Shown in pieces: positions 29,766-39,653 of a stretch of DNA of 64,000 nucleotides. This DNA comes from Longimicrobiales bacterium. Lineage in GTDB: Bacteria; Gemmatimonadota; Gemmatimonadetes; Longimicrobiales; Gaopeijiaceae. The position numbers and the translations under genes were made by a program. Each line of letters starts with the position of its first letter. Positions within the stretch are counted from its first letter, which is position 1. The notes under the pieces are model-generated. The model searched no databases. It was not told the DNA's origin and saw only the letters and a list, made by a program, of their open reading frames with translations. The DNA lies in NCBI GenBank assembly GCA_965116905.1, contig OZ220732.1, positions 1,216,001 through 1,280,000 on the forward strand, written 5' to 3'.

Positions 29766-29801
29766 ATGCCACTCCAACTGGTGTGATCTCCGACCACCAC
29801 C

Positions 29802-31196
29802 TCACCAGAAAATCACATACAGCACCGCCGCCCCCGCGATCACGCCTCCCGCCCACCACTTCGCCCCCGGCGCCGGCGTCAGATCCACCTGCGCCGCTGA
29901 TTTCGGCAACACCCGCGGTTCGGCCAAACCCTGACGTAACGTCAGGGTCGCCATGAACGCCGAAATCACCAGGAACGTGATCGCCATGTGATGCAGGAAC
30001 GCGACCTCCGGCAGCGCCCAGAGCAGAACGCCGTAGACGGGAATCCCCAGGATCATCCCCCCGAATGCGGCCACCGGCGGCGTCCGCGGCACGAACAGTC
30101 CGAAGAGGAACGCCGCCACGATCCCGGGCGAGATGAATCCCCAGAACATCTGGATGTACTCGAAGACGCTGCCCGCCCTGGCCACCACCGGCGCCCACAG
30201 GCACCCCACCAGCACCAGAACCGCAGTCGTCCAGCGCCCCACGACCATCAGCCGCCGCGACGACGCCTCTGGCCTCAGGTGCCGCTTGTACAGGTCCACG
30301 CTGAAGATCGTGGCCGCGGAATTGAGCATGGAATCCAGCGAGCTCATCACCGCGCCGAACAGCGCCGCGAACATCGCGCCCGTCAGACCCGCCGGCAGCA
30401 GCTCGCGCATCATCACGGGATACGCCTGGTCGGGATTCGTGACCTGGTCCGCGAAGAGCTCGGCCGCCATGATCCCCGGGAAGATGATGATGAACGGGAT
30501 CGCGAGCTTGATGAAGCCGGCCAGAAACAGCCCGCGCTGCCCGTCTGCCAGGCTCCGCGCCGCGAGCGTCCGCTGCGTGATGAACTGGTTCAGTCCCCAG
30601 TAGAAGAGGTTGGGGATCCAGAGCCCGCCCACGAAGACGGCGAGCCACGGCATCTCCGGGTGATTCCACGGGAGGACGGTGTGCAGCTTGCCGTCGGCGG
30701 CGTCCATGAAAGGCTCGATCCCGCCCATCGCCCTGAACCCCAGCACCGTCACCACCACCCCGCCCAGCAGAAGCGCCGTTCCCTGGATCAGGTCCGACCA
30801 CACGACCGCCTTCAGCCCCCCGTAGATCGTGTAGCCGCCGGCGAGGATCCCGATCAGCCAGATGCCCAGGTTCGTGTCGATGCCGAAGATCGACTCCAGC
30901 GCCAGCGCCCCCGAGTACAGCACCGTCGCCAGCGCGACGAACACGTACGCCGCCATGATGAAGGCCGCCATCAGGGTGCGGGTGCGCACGTCGTAGCGGA
31001 ACTCGAGGTACTCCGGGATCGTGTAGATGCCCGCCTGCAGGAAGCGCGGCAGGAAGAAGAGCCCGACGAGAACAAGGGTGACCGCCGCCATCCACTCGTA
31101 GCTGGCGATCGCGAGGCCCAGCTCGTAGCCCCGGCCCGCCATCCCCACAAAGTGTTCGGTCGAGATGTTGGACGCGATCAGCGAGAACCCGATCAG
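29802..31196 (-). pseudogene. Sodium:solute symporter (SSS), apparently 5'-truncated
   Basis: LIGFSLIASNISTEHFVGMAG, YTIPEYLEFRY, YTIYGGLKAVVWSD and NQFITQRTLAA motifs; lacks the first TM helix and the DYFLAGR motif; rest of the frame is open. Confidence 0.7.
29928..29948. repeat. Perfect 10-1-10 palindrome ACCCTGACGT-A-ACGTCAGGGT inside the SSS gene
   Basis: Same motif as at 9959 and 10039. Confidence 0.75.
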
Positions 31197-31336
31197 CTGC
31201 GGCCGCGGGCATGGGGGGTTGCGGAAGGGATTCGCGAAGCTCGACGATAGGCGGGTGCCCGCGCCGATGGCAAACGAGTGTCGCACAACCAACGCGCGTT
31301 CCGCTCGTGTCACAGAAGAGGATGGGAGACCTTCCG

Positions 31337-32248
31337 ATGCTCCAGAGATTCGACGAGCGCAACCGGGACATTCTCGTGAACATCAACGGCGATCTTCATC
31401 ACCGCGATCGGGCGGGCATCAGCCCGTTCGACTCGGTGGTGCAGGGGGGCGACGCCGTCTGGGAGGGACTCCGTCTGTACGACGGAAGGATCTTCAAGCT
31501 CCGCGAGCACCTCGCGCGCCTGCGCTCGTCGGCCCTCGCGCTCGCCTTCGAGGTCATACCGTCGGACGACGAGATCATCGAGGAGATACGGAAGACCCTG
31601 GCCGCGAACCGCATGCGCGACGGCGTCCACATTCGCCTCACGCTGACCCGCGGGGTCAAGGTGACGAGCGGGATGGACCCGCGGCTCAACCGGTCCGGGC
31701 CCACCCTGATCGTCCTCGCCGAACACAAGTCCCCCGTGTACGAGCGGTCGGGACTGCGCCTCGTCACGAGTTCGGTGCGGCGCTTCGATCCGGACACGCT
31801 GGACCCGAAGATCCACCACGCCAACCTGCTCCAGTCGATCCTGGCGAAGATCGAGGCGAACGCGGCGGGTGCGGACGACGCGGTCATGCTGGACCGGCGG
31901 GGGTTCATCGCCGAGACGAATGCCACCCACCTCTTTTTCGTGTCCGACGGGGTCGTCATGACCAGTCATACCGTCGCGTGCCCGGAGGGGATCACGCGCG
32001 CAACCGTCCTGGAGTTGTGCGGGGAGCACGGTATTCCCACCCGCGTCGCCGACCTCTCCCTCACCGAAGCGTATCGCGCGGACGAGGCGTTCTGCACCGG
32101 CACCATGGGCGAGCTGGCGAGCGTGACCGAGATCGACGGGCGAACAATCGGCGGGCGCGCGCCGGGGCCGATGACCGCGCGCCTCGGCACGCTGTACGGG
32201 GAACTGACGGCAGCCTCCGGGACCGTCGTGGTGGAGCAGGCACAGTGA
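31337..32248 (+). CDS. Class IV PLP aminotransferase (branched-chain/D-amino acid family)
   Basis: GDAVWEGLR, HLARL, PKIHHANL, AETNATHLF, EGITR and FCTGTMGE motifs. Confidence 0.92.
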   Translation: MLQRFDERNRDILVNINGDLHHRDRAGISPFDSVVQGGDAVWEGLRLYDGRIFKLREHLARLRSSALALAFEVIPSDDEIIEEIRKTLAANRMRDGVHIRLTLTRGVKVTSGMDPRLNRSGPTLIVLAEHKSPVYERSGLRLVTSSVRRFDPDTLDPKIHHANLLQSILAKIEANAAGADDAVMLDRRGFIAETNATHLFFVSDGVVMTSHTVACPEGITRATVLELCGEHGIPTRVADLSLTEAYRADEAFCTGTMGELASVTEIDGRTIGGRAPGPMTARLGTLYGELTAASGTVVVEQAQ

Positions 32249-32364
32249 ATCCCGCGACCCCCCCGGCACTGCACGCAACCCATCGGCCCGGAGCCGGTGT
32301 CCACGAATCGGGAAAGGGAGAATCGGGGACGGGCACGCCGGCGCGCGACCGGAGACTCGGCTCG

Positions 32365-32907
32365 GTGACGGAAGCGCAACTCATACAGCGATTCAAGGAC
32401 GGGGATCACAGTGTCGCGCGGTCGCTGTACGACAAGCACGTCGACCGCGTCTTCCGCATCTGCTACCGGTTCGCGGGCGAGTACGATCTCGCCCAGGATT
32501 TCACGCAGGAGACGTTCGTGCGGGCGTTCACCAAGATCCACACCTTCCGCGGCGAAGCGGCCTTCGGGACCTGGTTGTCCACGGTTGCGACCAGCGTTTC
32601 GCTGAACGGACTGCGCAAGGTGAAGCGCATTCGGACCCGGGAAGTCGAACTGGACGATCAGCTGCGGGGTGCCTCGCCGAGCCCCCGGCTGGAGCCCGAT
32701 GTCCGCGCCGACCTGCACCGGGCCATCGACGATCTGCCGGACGGCTACCGCGCCGTCTTCATTCTGCACGATCTCGAGGGCTACACACATGCGGAGATCG
32801 GGCAGATGCTCGGCATTCAGACCGGCACCTCCAAGTCCCAGCTCTTTCGCGCCCGGGCCCGGTTGCGGGAGAAGCTGGCCGTGCACGCCGGGGAGTGGGC
32901 GTCATGA
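32365..32907 (+). CDS. ECF sigma-70 family RNA polymerase sigma factor
   Basis: AQDFTQETFVRAF, FRGEAAFGTWL, LPDGYRAVFIL and EIGQMLGIQTGTSKSQLFRAR; GTG 32365 after GGAGA (alternative start 32245). Confidence 0.93.
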   Translation: MTEAQLIQRFKDGDHSVARSLYDKHVDRVFRICYRFAGEYDLAQDFTQETFVRAFTKIHTFRGEAAFGTWLSTVATSVSLNGLRKVKRIRTREVELDDQLRGASPSPRLEPDVRADLHRAIDDLPDGYRAVFILHDLEGYTHAEIGQMLGIQTGTSKSQLFRARARLREKLAVHAGEWAS

Positions 32908-33803
32908 GCGACCTCGACGGCTTTGCAGCGTTCCTCCGCCGGGAGGGCACGTCCTATCACGCGCCGCCCCCGACGCCATCCGACGCGATGTGGCCGGACG
33001 TGAGTGCGCGCATGGATGCGGCCGCCTACAATGCGCCGCCGCCGGTGCTCCGCGAGGAAATGTGGGAGAGGATCGAGGCGGCGTGGTCCTCCGGGCCGGC
33101 GGTCGAGCCAACCGGAGATACCGCGCGCTCTCCGGCCCGGTGGGCAGGGAGGCGGATCCATACGGGATGGGCGGCGGGACTGGCGGCGGCTGCTTCGCTG
33201 GTGTTGGGGCTGATGCTGGGCCGCGGCTTCGCGGACCCTGGGGCTGGGACGACGGACGAACCGTCGGTCGGTTCCGCCGCCGAGACGCCGGGGCCGAACA
33301 TCGTCGAGGTGGAAACCGAGCCGACGGTGGATCCGCGCGAATCCGCACCCGCGGTCGTTGTTGCGGATGCAGCGCCCGCCGAGTCGGCCGCGGCGGAAGA
33401 GCCAGCGCAAGCCGAGGCGCCCACCCGCGTTGCTCCCACGACGCCCGCCGCGTTTGCCGCAATCGCGCAGCCCGCGGCCCACTACGAGACCTCACGGCAC
33501 CTGGACCGTGCCGCGACGCTGCTCACCGCGTTCCGGATCGATCAGGGCACGCCGATGTCACAACAGGATCTGGCCCGATGGGCCCGTGAACTGCTCGGCG
33601 ACACGCGGATGTTCCTGGACATGGAGGCGCCCCGCTCGCCATTGGAACGTGCGTTGCTCGAAGACCTGGAGCTGGTGTTGCTGCAGATCTCACGCCTGGG
33701 CCCCGGCGTACCCGACTTCGAACGGCAGTTGGCGCTCGAAAGCATGGAGTGGAAGGGCACCCTGACCCGGCTGCGCGCGGCAAGCGCTACTGGAGAGATG
33801 TGA
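32904..33803 (+). CDS. Putative single-pass anti-sigma factor
   Basis: ATGA overlap with the sigma gene; duplicated Y(H/N)APP...MW..(V/I) motif, TM helix WAAGLAAAASLVLGLMLG, Pro/Ala linker and C-terminal LLEDLELVLLQI domain. Confidence 0.7.
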   Translation: MSDLDGFAAFLRREGTSYHAPPPTPSDAMWPDVSARMDAAAYNAPPPVLREEMWERIEAAWSSGPAVEPTGDTARSPARWAGRRIHTGWAAGLAAAASLVLGLMLGRGFADPGAGTTDEPSVGSAAETPGPNIVEVETEPTVDPRESAPAVVVADAAPAESAAAEEPAQAEAPTRVAPTTPAAFAAIAQPAAHYETSRHLDRAATLLTAFRIDQGTPMSQQDLARWARELLGDTRMFLDMEAPRSPLERALLEDLELVLLQISRLGPGVPDFERQLALESMEWKGTLTRLRAASATGEM

Positions 33804-33858
33804 TCCCAGGCGCTCGCGACGACTGAGCGGGAGCGCCTGGCTGATGGAGGAATACAAG

Positions 33859-36618
33859 ATGACAACCCGCACGAAAGACCTCGTCACCGTCGGTTCGATA
33901 CTGGCCGCTCTGATGTTGGCGGACACCGCCGCGATCATCGCCGGCCCGCTACCCGGTTCACCTGGCGGACGCCTGTCCGCCCAGAGTACGCGGCAGATGG
34001 AGGAGGAGTTGTTCCTCCAGGCGCGGCGCGCGATCAACAGCGAAGAATTCGAGGAAGCGACAAGACTCTTCGCCGAGCTTCGCGACCGCTTCGAGCACCC
34101 GCGGTACCTCGCTGACTCGTACTACTGGGAGGCGTTCGCGCGTTATCGGCAGAGCAATCTGGACGAAGCCCTCGTCCTTCTGGAGGCGCTGTCGGTCTAT
34201 GCCGAGGCGAAGGACGGCTATTTCGTTTCTTCGCGGGGCCATGTCCCGCCGGGCCGCCTCCACGACGAATGGCGTGACCTCCGGATTCGGGTTCTCCGTC
34301 AACTCGCGGAGCGCGGCGACCCCCGCGCGGCCGAGGAGGCGTTGCGCCAGGCGGAAGCAGTGCTGCAGGCCGACACGCCCTCGGTGACGCTGGCCTCGCT
34401 GCGCGCGCGCCAGGAGTCGGCACAGAGGGCGTATCAGAGGGCGCTCGCGACGCAACGGGAGCGGCAGGAGTCGGCGCAGCGCGCGTTTCAGGAGGCGCTG
34501 ACGTCGCAGCGGTCGCGGGTGGACTCGGCCCACCGGACCTACCAGAGGGTGTTGGCCGTGGAGCGCTCACGGGCGGATTCCGTGCACCGGGCCTATCAGC
34601 GGGCCCTGTACTCGCAGCGGTCGCGCGCGGATTCGGCCCAGCGGTCGTTCCAGAGAGCCGCGAGCAGACAGCGCTCCTGGGCGGACTCGGCGCAGCGGTC
34701 GTACCAGAGGACGTTGGCCAGACAGCGGTCGCGGGCGGATTCGGCCCAGCGATCCTACCAGGGCGCGCTGTACCGGCAGCGAAGGGAAGTGGACTCGGCC
34801 CAGCGGTCATACCAGGGAGCATTGAACAGGCATCGCACACAGGCGGAAAGGGCACGCCAGGCGTACGAGAGAGCTCTGTCGCGACGTCGGATGCCGCCGG
34901 ACTCGGCCCAGCGTGTGTACGACGCGGCTCTGTCGTTGCAGAACGTCGGCCGGGATTCGGCGACAGCCGCGTATCTTGCAGTGCTGGAGGGGCGGCAGGC
35001 AGCGCAGGATTCGGCGTCGGCCGCGTACCGGGCCGCGCTCGAGGCCCAGAGGGTTGGGCAGGACTCGGCGGCCGCGGCGTACCGGGCGGCCCTCGCGGTG
35101 TTCGAAGCGCGGCAGGACTCGGCGGCTGCGGTGTACCGGGCCGCGCTGGCCGCTCAGGAGGCGGCGAAGGACTCGGCGGCGCGGGCCTACCGGGCGGCTC
35201 TGGCGGCGAAGGAGGCGCGGGAGGATTCGGCGGCGTCTGTATACCGCGCGGCGTTGGCGGCCGAGGAGGCGGCTCGGGAGGCGGCGGCGCGAGCCTACCG
35301 GGCCGCCATCGCAGGGGAACCGTCCCAGCCGGACACGGTACAGGGGGTGCCACCGCCAACGCCGACCCGTCCGGACTCGATGGCGCCGGTGCTCCAGCAG
35401 CTTCGGGCGCAGGTGCAGCAATTGGACTCGGCGACCCAAGCCATGGCGCAGGCAGCCGGGGTGGCGGATCAGGCGCCCGCGGCGGTTCTGTCGTCGCTGG
35501 CGGATTCGCTGGCTGCCGCCACCTATGCGTTGCGAGTCGACCCATTGCGAGTCGACCCATTGCAAGTCGACCCGGTGCAGATCGACGTGCTGCCGGTCGA
35601 CCTGCCGCGGATCGAAGCAGACCTTACCGTCCTGTCCCAGGCCGCGATGTACGCGGGACAGCAGGTGCCCGCGCACTGCGAGGACACCTCCGTGCAACAG
35701 GCGGCCCTGACGGCACTGTTGAGTCTGGAAACCGATCGCCTGCCGCTCATCCGGAGTGTCCTGGCACGCCACGATGAGTGCTCGCGGAGATTGCGGGAAC
35801 AGGCGGTCACATTGCTGGCGGCGCAACGCACGGTGGCTGCCCAACGAGAGCTGGTGGGTATTGCCGCCAATCACCCGGAACCGGATACGCGGGAAGCAGC
35901 CGTTCTGGCGCTGGCAAGCTTCAACACGGCTACTGCCGTCGGGGCACTAGCGGACTTGCTCATGGAATCCGTCGACTCCGATGTGCGTGGCGCAGCCATT
36001 TGGGCGCTGCAGAGCAGCAATCAGGCGGCAGCGCGCCGTGCGCTTATGGCTTTTGCCCGCGACAGCTCGCGACCGGTGGATCTCCGCAACGCCGTCCTCC
36101 AGGCGCTCGGACAGAGAATCGATGTGTCGACCGAGAGTTTGATCGAGCTCCATGGGACGACCGGATCCCAAGAGCTGGAAAAGGTGCTTCTCATGGTCCT
36201 TGGCCGCCGTGCCCAGGCGGGAGAGGAAGCCGTCACGAACTGGCTGTTCGAGCTGGCGATGGACGAGGAACAGGACTCCGATTCCCGTCAATCGGCGCTC
36301 GAAGCGTGGTCCCGGGGACCCTCCGTGGACCTGGAACGGGTCGGACGATCGTACGCGCAGATGGAAGAGCCCGAAATGAAGGAGCAGATCTTCTACGCCC
36401 TCTACCGCAGGACGCAGTCCATTGGGGACAGCGCCGAGGCGGTCGTCGGCAAGATGATCGAGCTGGCTCGGGCGGAAGCCGATCCCGCCGTACGCACGAG
36501 GGCCGTCTACTGGATTGGCCGGACAGGATCCGAACAGGCCATCGAGTTCCTTCTCGAAGTGATGCGTGAGCGCCCGAGACCATCGTCAGAAGACACGGGA
36601 GCCGGGAGCATCAGTTGA
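33859..36618 (+). CDS. Secreted TPR / 18-aa-repeat / HEAT-repeat protein
   Basis: GGAGG RBS; hydrophobic N-terminus; BamD/YbgF-like TPR (ADSYYWEAFARY); 17 tandem repeats; C-terminal HEAT repeats (DVRGAAIWAL, AVRTRAVYWIG). Confidence 0.85.
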   Translation: MTTRTKDLVTVGSILAALMLADTAAIIAGPLPGSPGGRLSAQSTRQMEEELFLQARRAINSEEFEEATRLFAELRDRFEHPRYLADSYYWEAFARYRQSNLDEALVLLEALSVYAEAKDGYFVSSRGHVPPGRLHDEWRDLRIRVLRQLAERGDPRAAEEALRQAEAVLQADTPSVTLASLRARQESAQRAYQRALATQRERQESAQRAFQEALTSQRSRVDSAHRTYQRVLAVERSRADSVHRAYQRALYSQRSRADSAQRSFQRAASRQRSWADSAQRSYQRTLARQRSRADSAQRSYQGALYRQRREVDSAQRSYQGALNRHRTQAERARQAYERALSRRRMPPDSAQRVYDAALSLQNVGRDSATAAYLAVLEGRQAAQDSASAAYRAALEAQRVGQDSAAAAYRAALAVFEARQDSAAAVYRAALAAQEAAKDSAARAYRAALAAKEAREDSAASVYRAALAAEEAAREAAARAYRAAIAGEPSQPDTVQGVPPPTPTRPDSMAPVLQQLRAQVQQLDSATQAMAQAAGVADQAPAAVLSSLADSLAAATYALRVDPLRVDPLQVDPVQIDVLPVDLPRIEADLTVLSQAAMYAGQQVPAHCEDTSVQQAALTALLSLETDRLPLIRSVLARHDECSRRLREQAVTLLAAQRTVAAQRELVGIAANHPEPDTREAAVLALASFNTATAVGALADLLMESVDSDVRGAAIWALQSSNQAAARRALMAFARDSSRPVDLRNAVLQALGQRIDVSTESLIELHGTTGSQELEKVLLMVLGRRAQAGEEAVTNWLFELAMDEEQDSDSRQSALEAWSRGPSVDLERVGRSYAQMEEPEMKEQIFYALYRRTQSIGDSAEAVVGKMIELARAEADPAVRTRAVYWIGRTGSEQAIEFLLEVMRERPRPSSEDTGAGSIS
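34402..35319 (+). repeat. 17 x 54-bp coding tandem repeat (xxxx[D/E]SAxxxYxxALxxx)
   Basis: Uninterrupted 18-codon register from RARQESAQRAYQRALATQ to EAAREAAARAYRAAIAGE. Confidence 0.92.
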
Positions 36619-37850
36619 TGAGCACGCCAACGGCATTCGCTCGGTCGGATGCCCCGCTTCGTCCGGCTGCCGCGGTGCCGCCTCTCGCGGCGCCTGCCCT
36701 CGCCGCGCTGGCCCTCCTGGTTCTCGCCTGCGCGGAGGACCAGCCTCCCCGCGGCTTTCCCGAAGTCCCCACCTTCGAGGGCTCGATCGATCTCGAAATC
36801 GGCGAGCTGGATGGGGACGATCCGTACCTGTTCACCAGGATCGCGTCGATCGTCGGGGACGCTCAGGGCCGACTGATCGTTGCCGACGGACAGACAAGCG
36901 AAATCCGCGTCTTCGAATCCGACGGCCGCTTCGCGTTCCGTGCCGGGGGATACGGCGAGGGCCCGGGCGAACTCTCCGACATCTGTTGCCTGGCTATCGG
37001 GCCGGACGGCGAACTGTGGGTGCGCGAGGGCTCCCGTTACAGCGTGTTCGCGCTGGAATCGGCTGGCGCCGAATACCTGACAGGCATGAGAACCCTCCAA
37101 CCGGGCATCGGCTCGCGCGATCCCTTCACCTTTGACCCGGACGACAACCTGGTCAATGTCGGGCCGGTGACGCGTCGGGACGCTACGAATCTGACCGCGC
37201 AGCTCCGCGGCGTCACGGCTCGCCTCGTTGTCAACCCCGACGGCGCGGTGGACACCGTCGTCCTGGCCGACGCAGAGCGCCAGTACACCGGTCAGGCCAC
37301 GACCGAATTCGAGCGCGAATTGGAGGGTCGCAGCATCCGCGGCATCAATTACCTCCACCACTGGTTCGGCCCGACCTGGATCCACGCGCACGCCGACGGG
37401 GGCGCCTGGGCGGAGGCCGTCACCTCGCAGTACTCGATCAACTATCACCATCCGGACGGAACCGTTTCGCAGATCGGGGGTCCGCCGCTCGAGGGGCCGG
37501 TGTTGAGCCCGGACGAACGGACTACCGCGGAGTCCAGAATCCAGCGTGACCTCGACAATTCCAGCCTCGACAATCATCCGTTCGGGATCCCCGACCGCAA
37601 GCCACCGCTCGAAGGAATGTTCTTTGACGCCGGTGGCCGGCTGTGGGTCGAGAAGTCAGCCGCCGACGGCGACGAAACCCGCGAAGCCGACGTCTGGGCC
37701 GGAACGGAACTCGTCGCCCGCTACCGCTGGCCGCGCCGTATCGCGGAATTCCCGACCCCCTGGGCCACTGAGTCGATGCTGTACGGGGTGACCACCGACT
37801 CGCTCGGCGTGCAGCGGGTGGCCCGGGTTCGGTTCGCGCCCAGGGACTGA
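36618..37850 (+). CDS. 6-bladed beta-propeller (NHL-like) lipoprotein
   Basis: LAC lipobox; IGELDGDDPYLF, GGYGEGPGEL and DAGGRLWV motifs; TGATG coupling to the upstream gene. Confidence 0.8.
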   Translation: MSTPTAFARSDAPLRPAAAVPPLAAPALAALALLVLACAEDQPPRGFPEVPTFEGSIDLEIGELDGDDPYLFTRIASIVGDAQGRLIVADGQTSEIRVFESDGRFAFRAGGYGEGPGELSDICCLAIGPDGELWVREGSRYSVFALESAGAEYLTGMRTLQPGIGSRDPFTFDPDDNLVNVGPVTRRDATNLTAQLRGVTARLVVNPDGAVDTVVLADAERQYTGQATTEFERELEGRSIRGINYLHHWFGPTWIHAHADGGAWAEAVTSQYSINYHHPDGTVSQIGGPPLEGPVLSPDERTTAESRIQRDLDNSSLDNHPFGIPDRKPPLEGMFFDAGGRLWVEKSAADGDETREADVWAGTELVARYRWPRRIAEFPTPWATESMLYGVTTDSLGVQRVARVRFAPRD

Positions 37851-37900
37851 TTCGCCGGGGCCCGGTCCCCGGGAGCACAAACCGCGAGGGCGCCCGCCGC

Positions 37901-38368
37901 CTACCCCTCCGTCACGTCCGCCGACCAGCTGACCTCGACCGCGCCCTCGAGGCTGCGCGCCGTCGGGCACTTCGCCACATGCGTGTCCAGCGCGCGGTCC
38001 ACCTTGTCGCGCGGCGCGCCTGCCGGCAGCCGGATCGTGTAGTGCGCGTGGATTTTCGTCAGTACCACCATCCGGTCGACCACTTCGTTGACGCCTTCGG
38101 CCCGCACGCTGATTGCGTCGTTGGCCATCGGGATCCCGCGCACCTCCAGTGCGCCGTTTAGGGTCCCGAGGAGTCAGCCGGCGGCCGCCGCGACGAGATA
38201 GTCGACGGGCAGCGGCCGGTCGGGTTCGGCGTCGAGCCGATAATGGGCCTTGATGGGTCCGTGGACGCCGAAGTCGACTTCGGTGCCGTCTTCAAGGGTC
38301 GCGCGCCGGTGGATTCCGTCCACTTTGGCGACGCTCGCACGTGCGGTATAGAAGGGTTGTTGTTCCAT
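37901..38368 (-). CDS. OsmC-family peroxiredoxin-like protein, probable selenoprotein (UGA at codon 65)
   Basis: ORFs 38174..38416 and 37901..38143 are in frame across TGA 38174-38176, reading DYLVAAAAG-U-LLGTL...HVAKCP (155 aa); GGAGG RBS; SECIS-like hairpin downstream of the UGA. Confidence 0.85.
38129..38168 (-). promoter_or_regulatory. Putative bacterial SECIS element
   Basis: CGGGACCC-UAAACG-GCGCAC[UGGAG]GUGCGC-GGGAUCCCG; apical loop starts 26 nt after the UGA with G in its second position. Confidence 0.7.
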
Positions 38369-38434
38369 GGCGGAGACCTCCTGGCGGCGATGGGCGTCGC
38401 CCCCTCGGCGAGTCATGGGGCGAACGGTCGGAAG

Positions 38435-39616
38435 TTATCCACCCACGATCCGCGCGTACAGCTCCGGATCGGTCGCGCCCTCGGTATTGAACACGAGAAC
38501 ACGCGAGCGCTCATCGAGCCCGATCGCCCGGCGTCGCTCCTCGTCCCGCGCGACCTCGATCAGGCCCAGCAACCCCGCCACGCCCGACTCCCCGCCCTCG
38601 AACGGCTCCCCCAGTTCGCCTCGCGCGGCGGCGCGCATGAGCGGCGCGATCCCGTCTTCCGGGACGGTCATGAACGCGTGGGCTCCCGTACCGACGATCT
38701 CCCACGCGAGCGGCGAGATCTCGCGGCAGCTCAGCCCCGCCATGATCGTGTGCAGGTCGCCGCGGCTCGCGCTCGGCTTCCCCGCGAGCGCACTTTGCAG
38801 GAGCCCGTCCGCGGCGGCTGGCTCGACGATCACCGCTAGGGGTCGATCCTCGCCCAGGCGCTCCCACAGGTGTCCGATCACCGCCGCCGCCAGCCCGCCG
38901 ACCCCGCCCTGGATGAAGATGTGGGTGGGCTGTGTATCATCCAGGGTGGGCCGTGTATGATCCGGGGTGGGAAGCAGTACATCCAATGCTTCACTGACCA
39001 TGATCGTGTATCCCACCATGACGTGACGGGGGATCTCCATGTATCCCGGATACGAGGTGTCCGAAATCACGGTCCACCCGTTCCGCGCGGCGTCGCTCGC
39101 CGCCTGGGCGACCGCGTCGTCGTACTCGCCGTCCACGCGCACGACCCTGGCGCCGAACGACCGGATCGCGTCGGCGCGAACCCCGGTCACGTGCCCGGGC
39201 AGGTAGACGACGGCGTCGCAACCGAACATGCGCGCGCCCCACGCGACGGAGCGTCCGTGGTTGCCGTCGGAAGCGCAGGTGACGGTCGCGGCAGCCGGGT
39301 GGCCCTCGCCACGCTTCCCGGCCGAGGAAGCCGCGCGACTTGCCGCACCCTTCATCCTCCGCCGGATACCGTACGCCCCGCCCAGCGCCTTGAAGCTGCC
39401 GAGTCCGAAGCGGCCGCTCTCATCCTTTACCCACACGGACTCGAGCCCGAGGCTTGACGCCAGCTTCGTCTCGGTGCGCAGAGGCGTCGGGGCGTAGCCC
39501 GGCCACGCCGTGATTTCGGCGAGTGCCTCGCGATGGGCGGCGCCGTCGATGATCCTTTTCAGCGCGGCGGGGTACGGCATGGCCGGGGCCGCGTCGGCAT
39601 TGAGCGTCCAGTTCAC
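38435..39616 (-). CDS. dpaL: Diaminopropionate ammonia-lyase
   Basis: [56 protein letters not shown] and TEGATDP motifs. Confidence 0.9.
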   Translation of the reverse strand: MNWTLNADAAPAMPYPAALKRIIDGAAHREALAEITAWPGYAPTPLRTETKLASSLGLESVWVKDESGRFGLGSFKALGGAYGIRRRMKGAASRAASSAGKRGEGHPAAATVTCASDGNHGRSVAWGARMFGCDAVVYLPGHVTGVRADAIRSFGARVVRVDGEYDDAVAQAASDAARNGWTVISDTSYPGYMEIPRHVMVGYTIMVSEALDVLLPTPDHTRPTLDDTQPTHIFIQGGVGGLAAAVIGHLWERLGEDRPLAVIVEPAAADGLLQSALAGKPSASRGDLHTIMAGLSCREISPLAWEIVGTGAHAFMTVPEDGIAPLMRAAARGELGEPFEGGESGVAGLLGLIEVARDEERRRAIGLDERSRVLVFNTEGATDPELYARIVGG

Positions 39617-39653
39617 AACCTATTACCTTGTTTGGGCAATGGATTTCCGTCAA

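Noticed and set aside
29928..29948. Palindrome as canonical parS or matS
   Set aside because: Does not match TGTTTCACGTGAAACA or GTGACRNYGTCAC
32275..32302. GCAAC-N18-TGTC as an ECF autoregulatory promoter
   Set aside because: Spacing and match are too weak to call without a model
34402..35319. Periodic 54-bp repeats as a CRISPR array
   Set aside because: No invariant repeat with unique spacers; variation follows codons inside an ORF; no cas genes in the window
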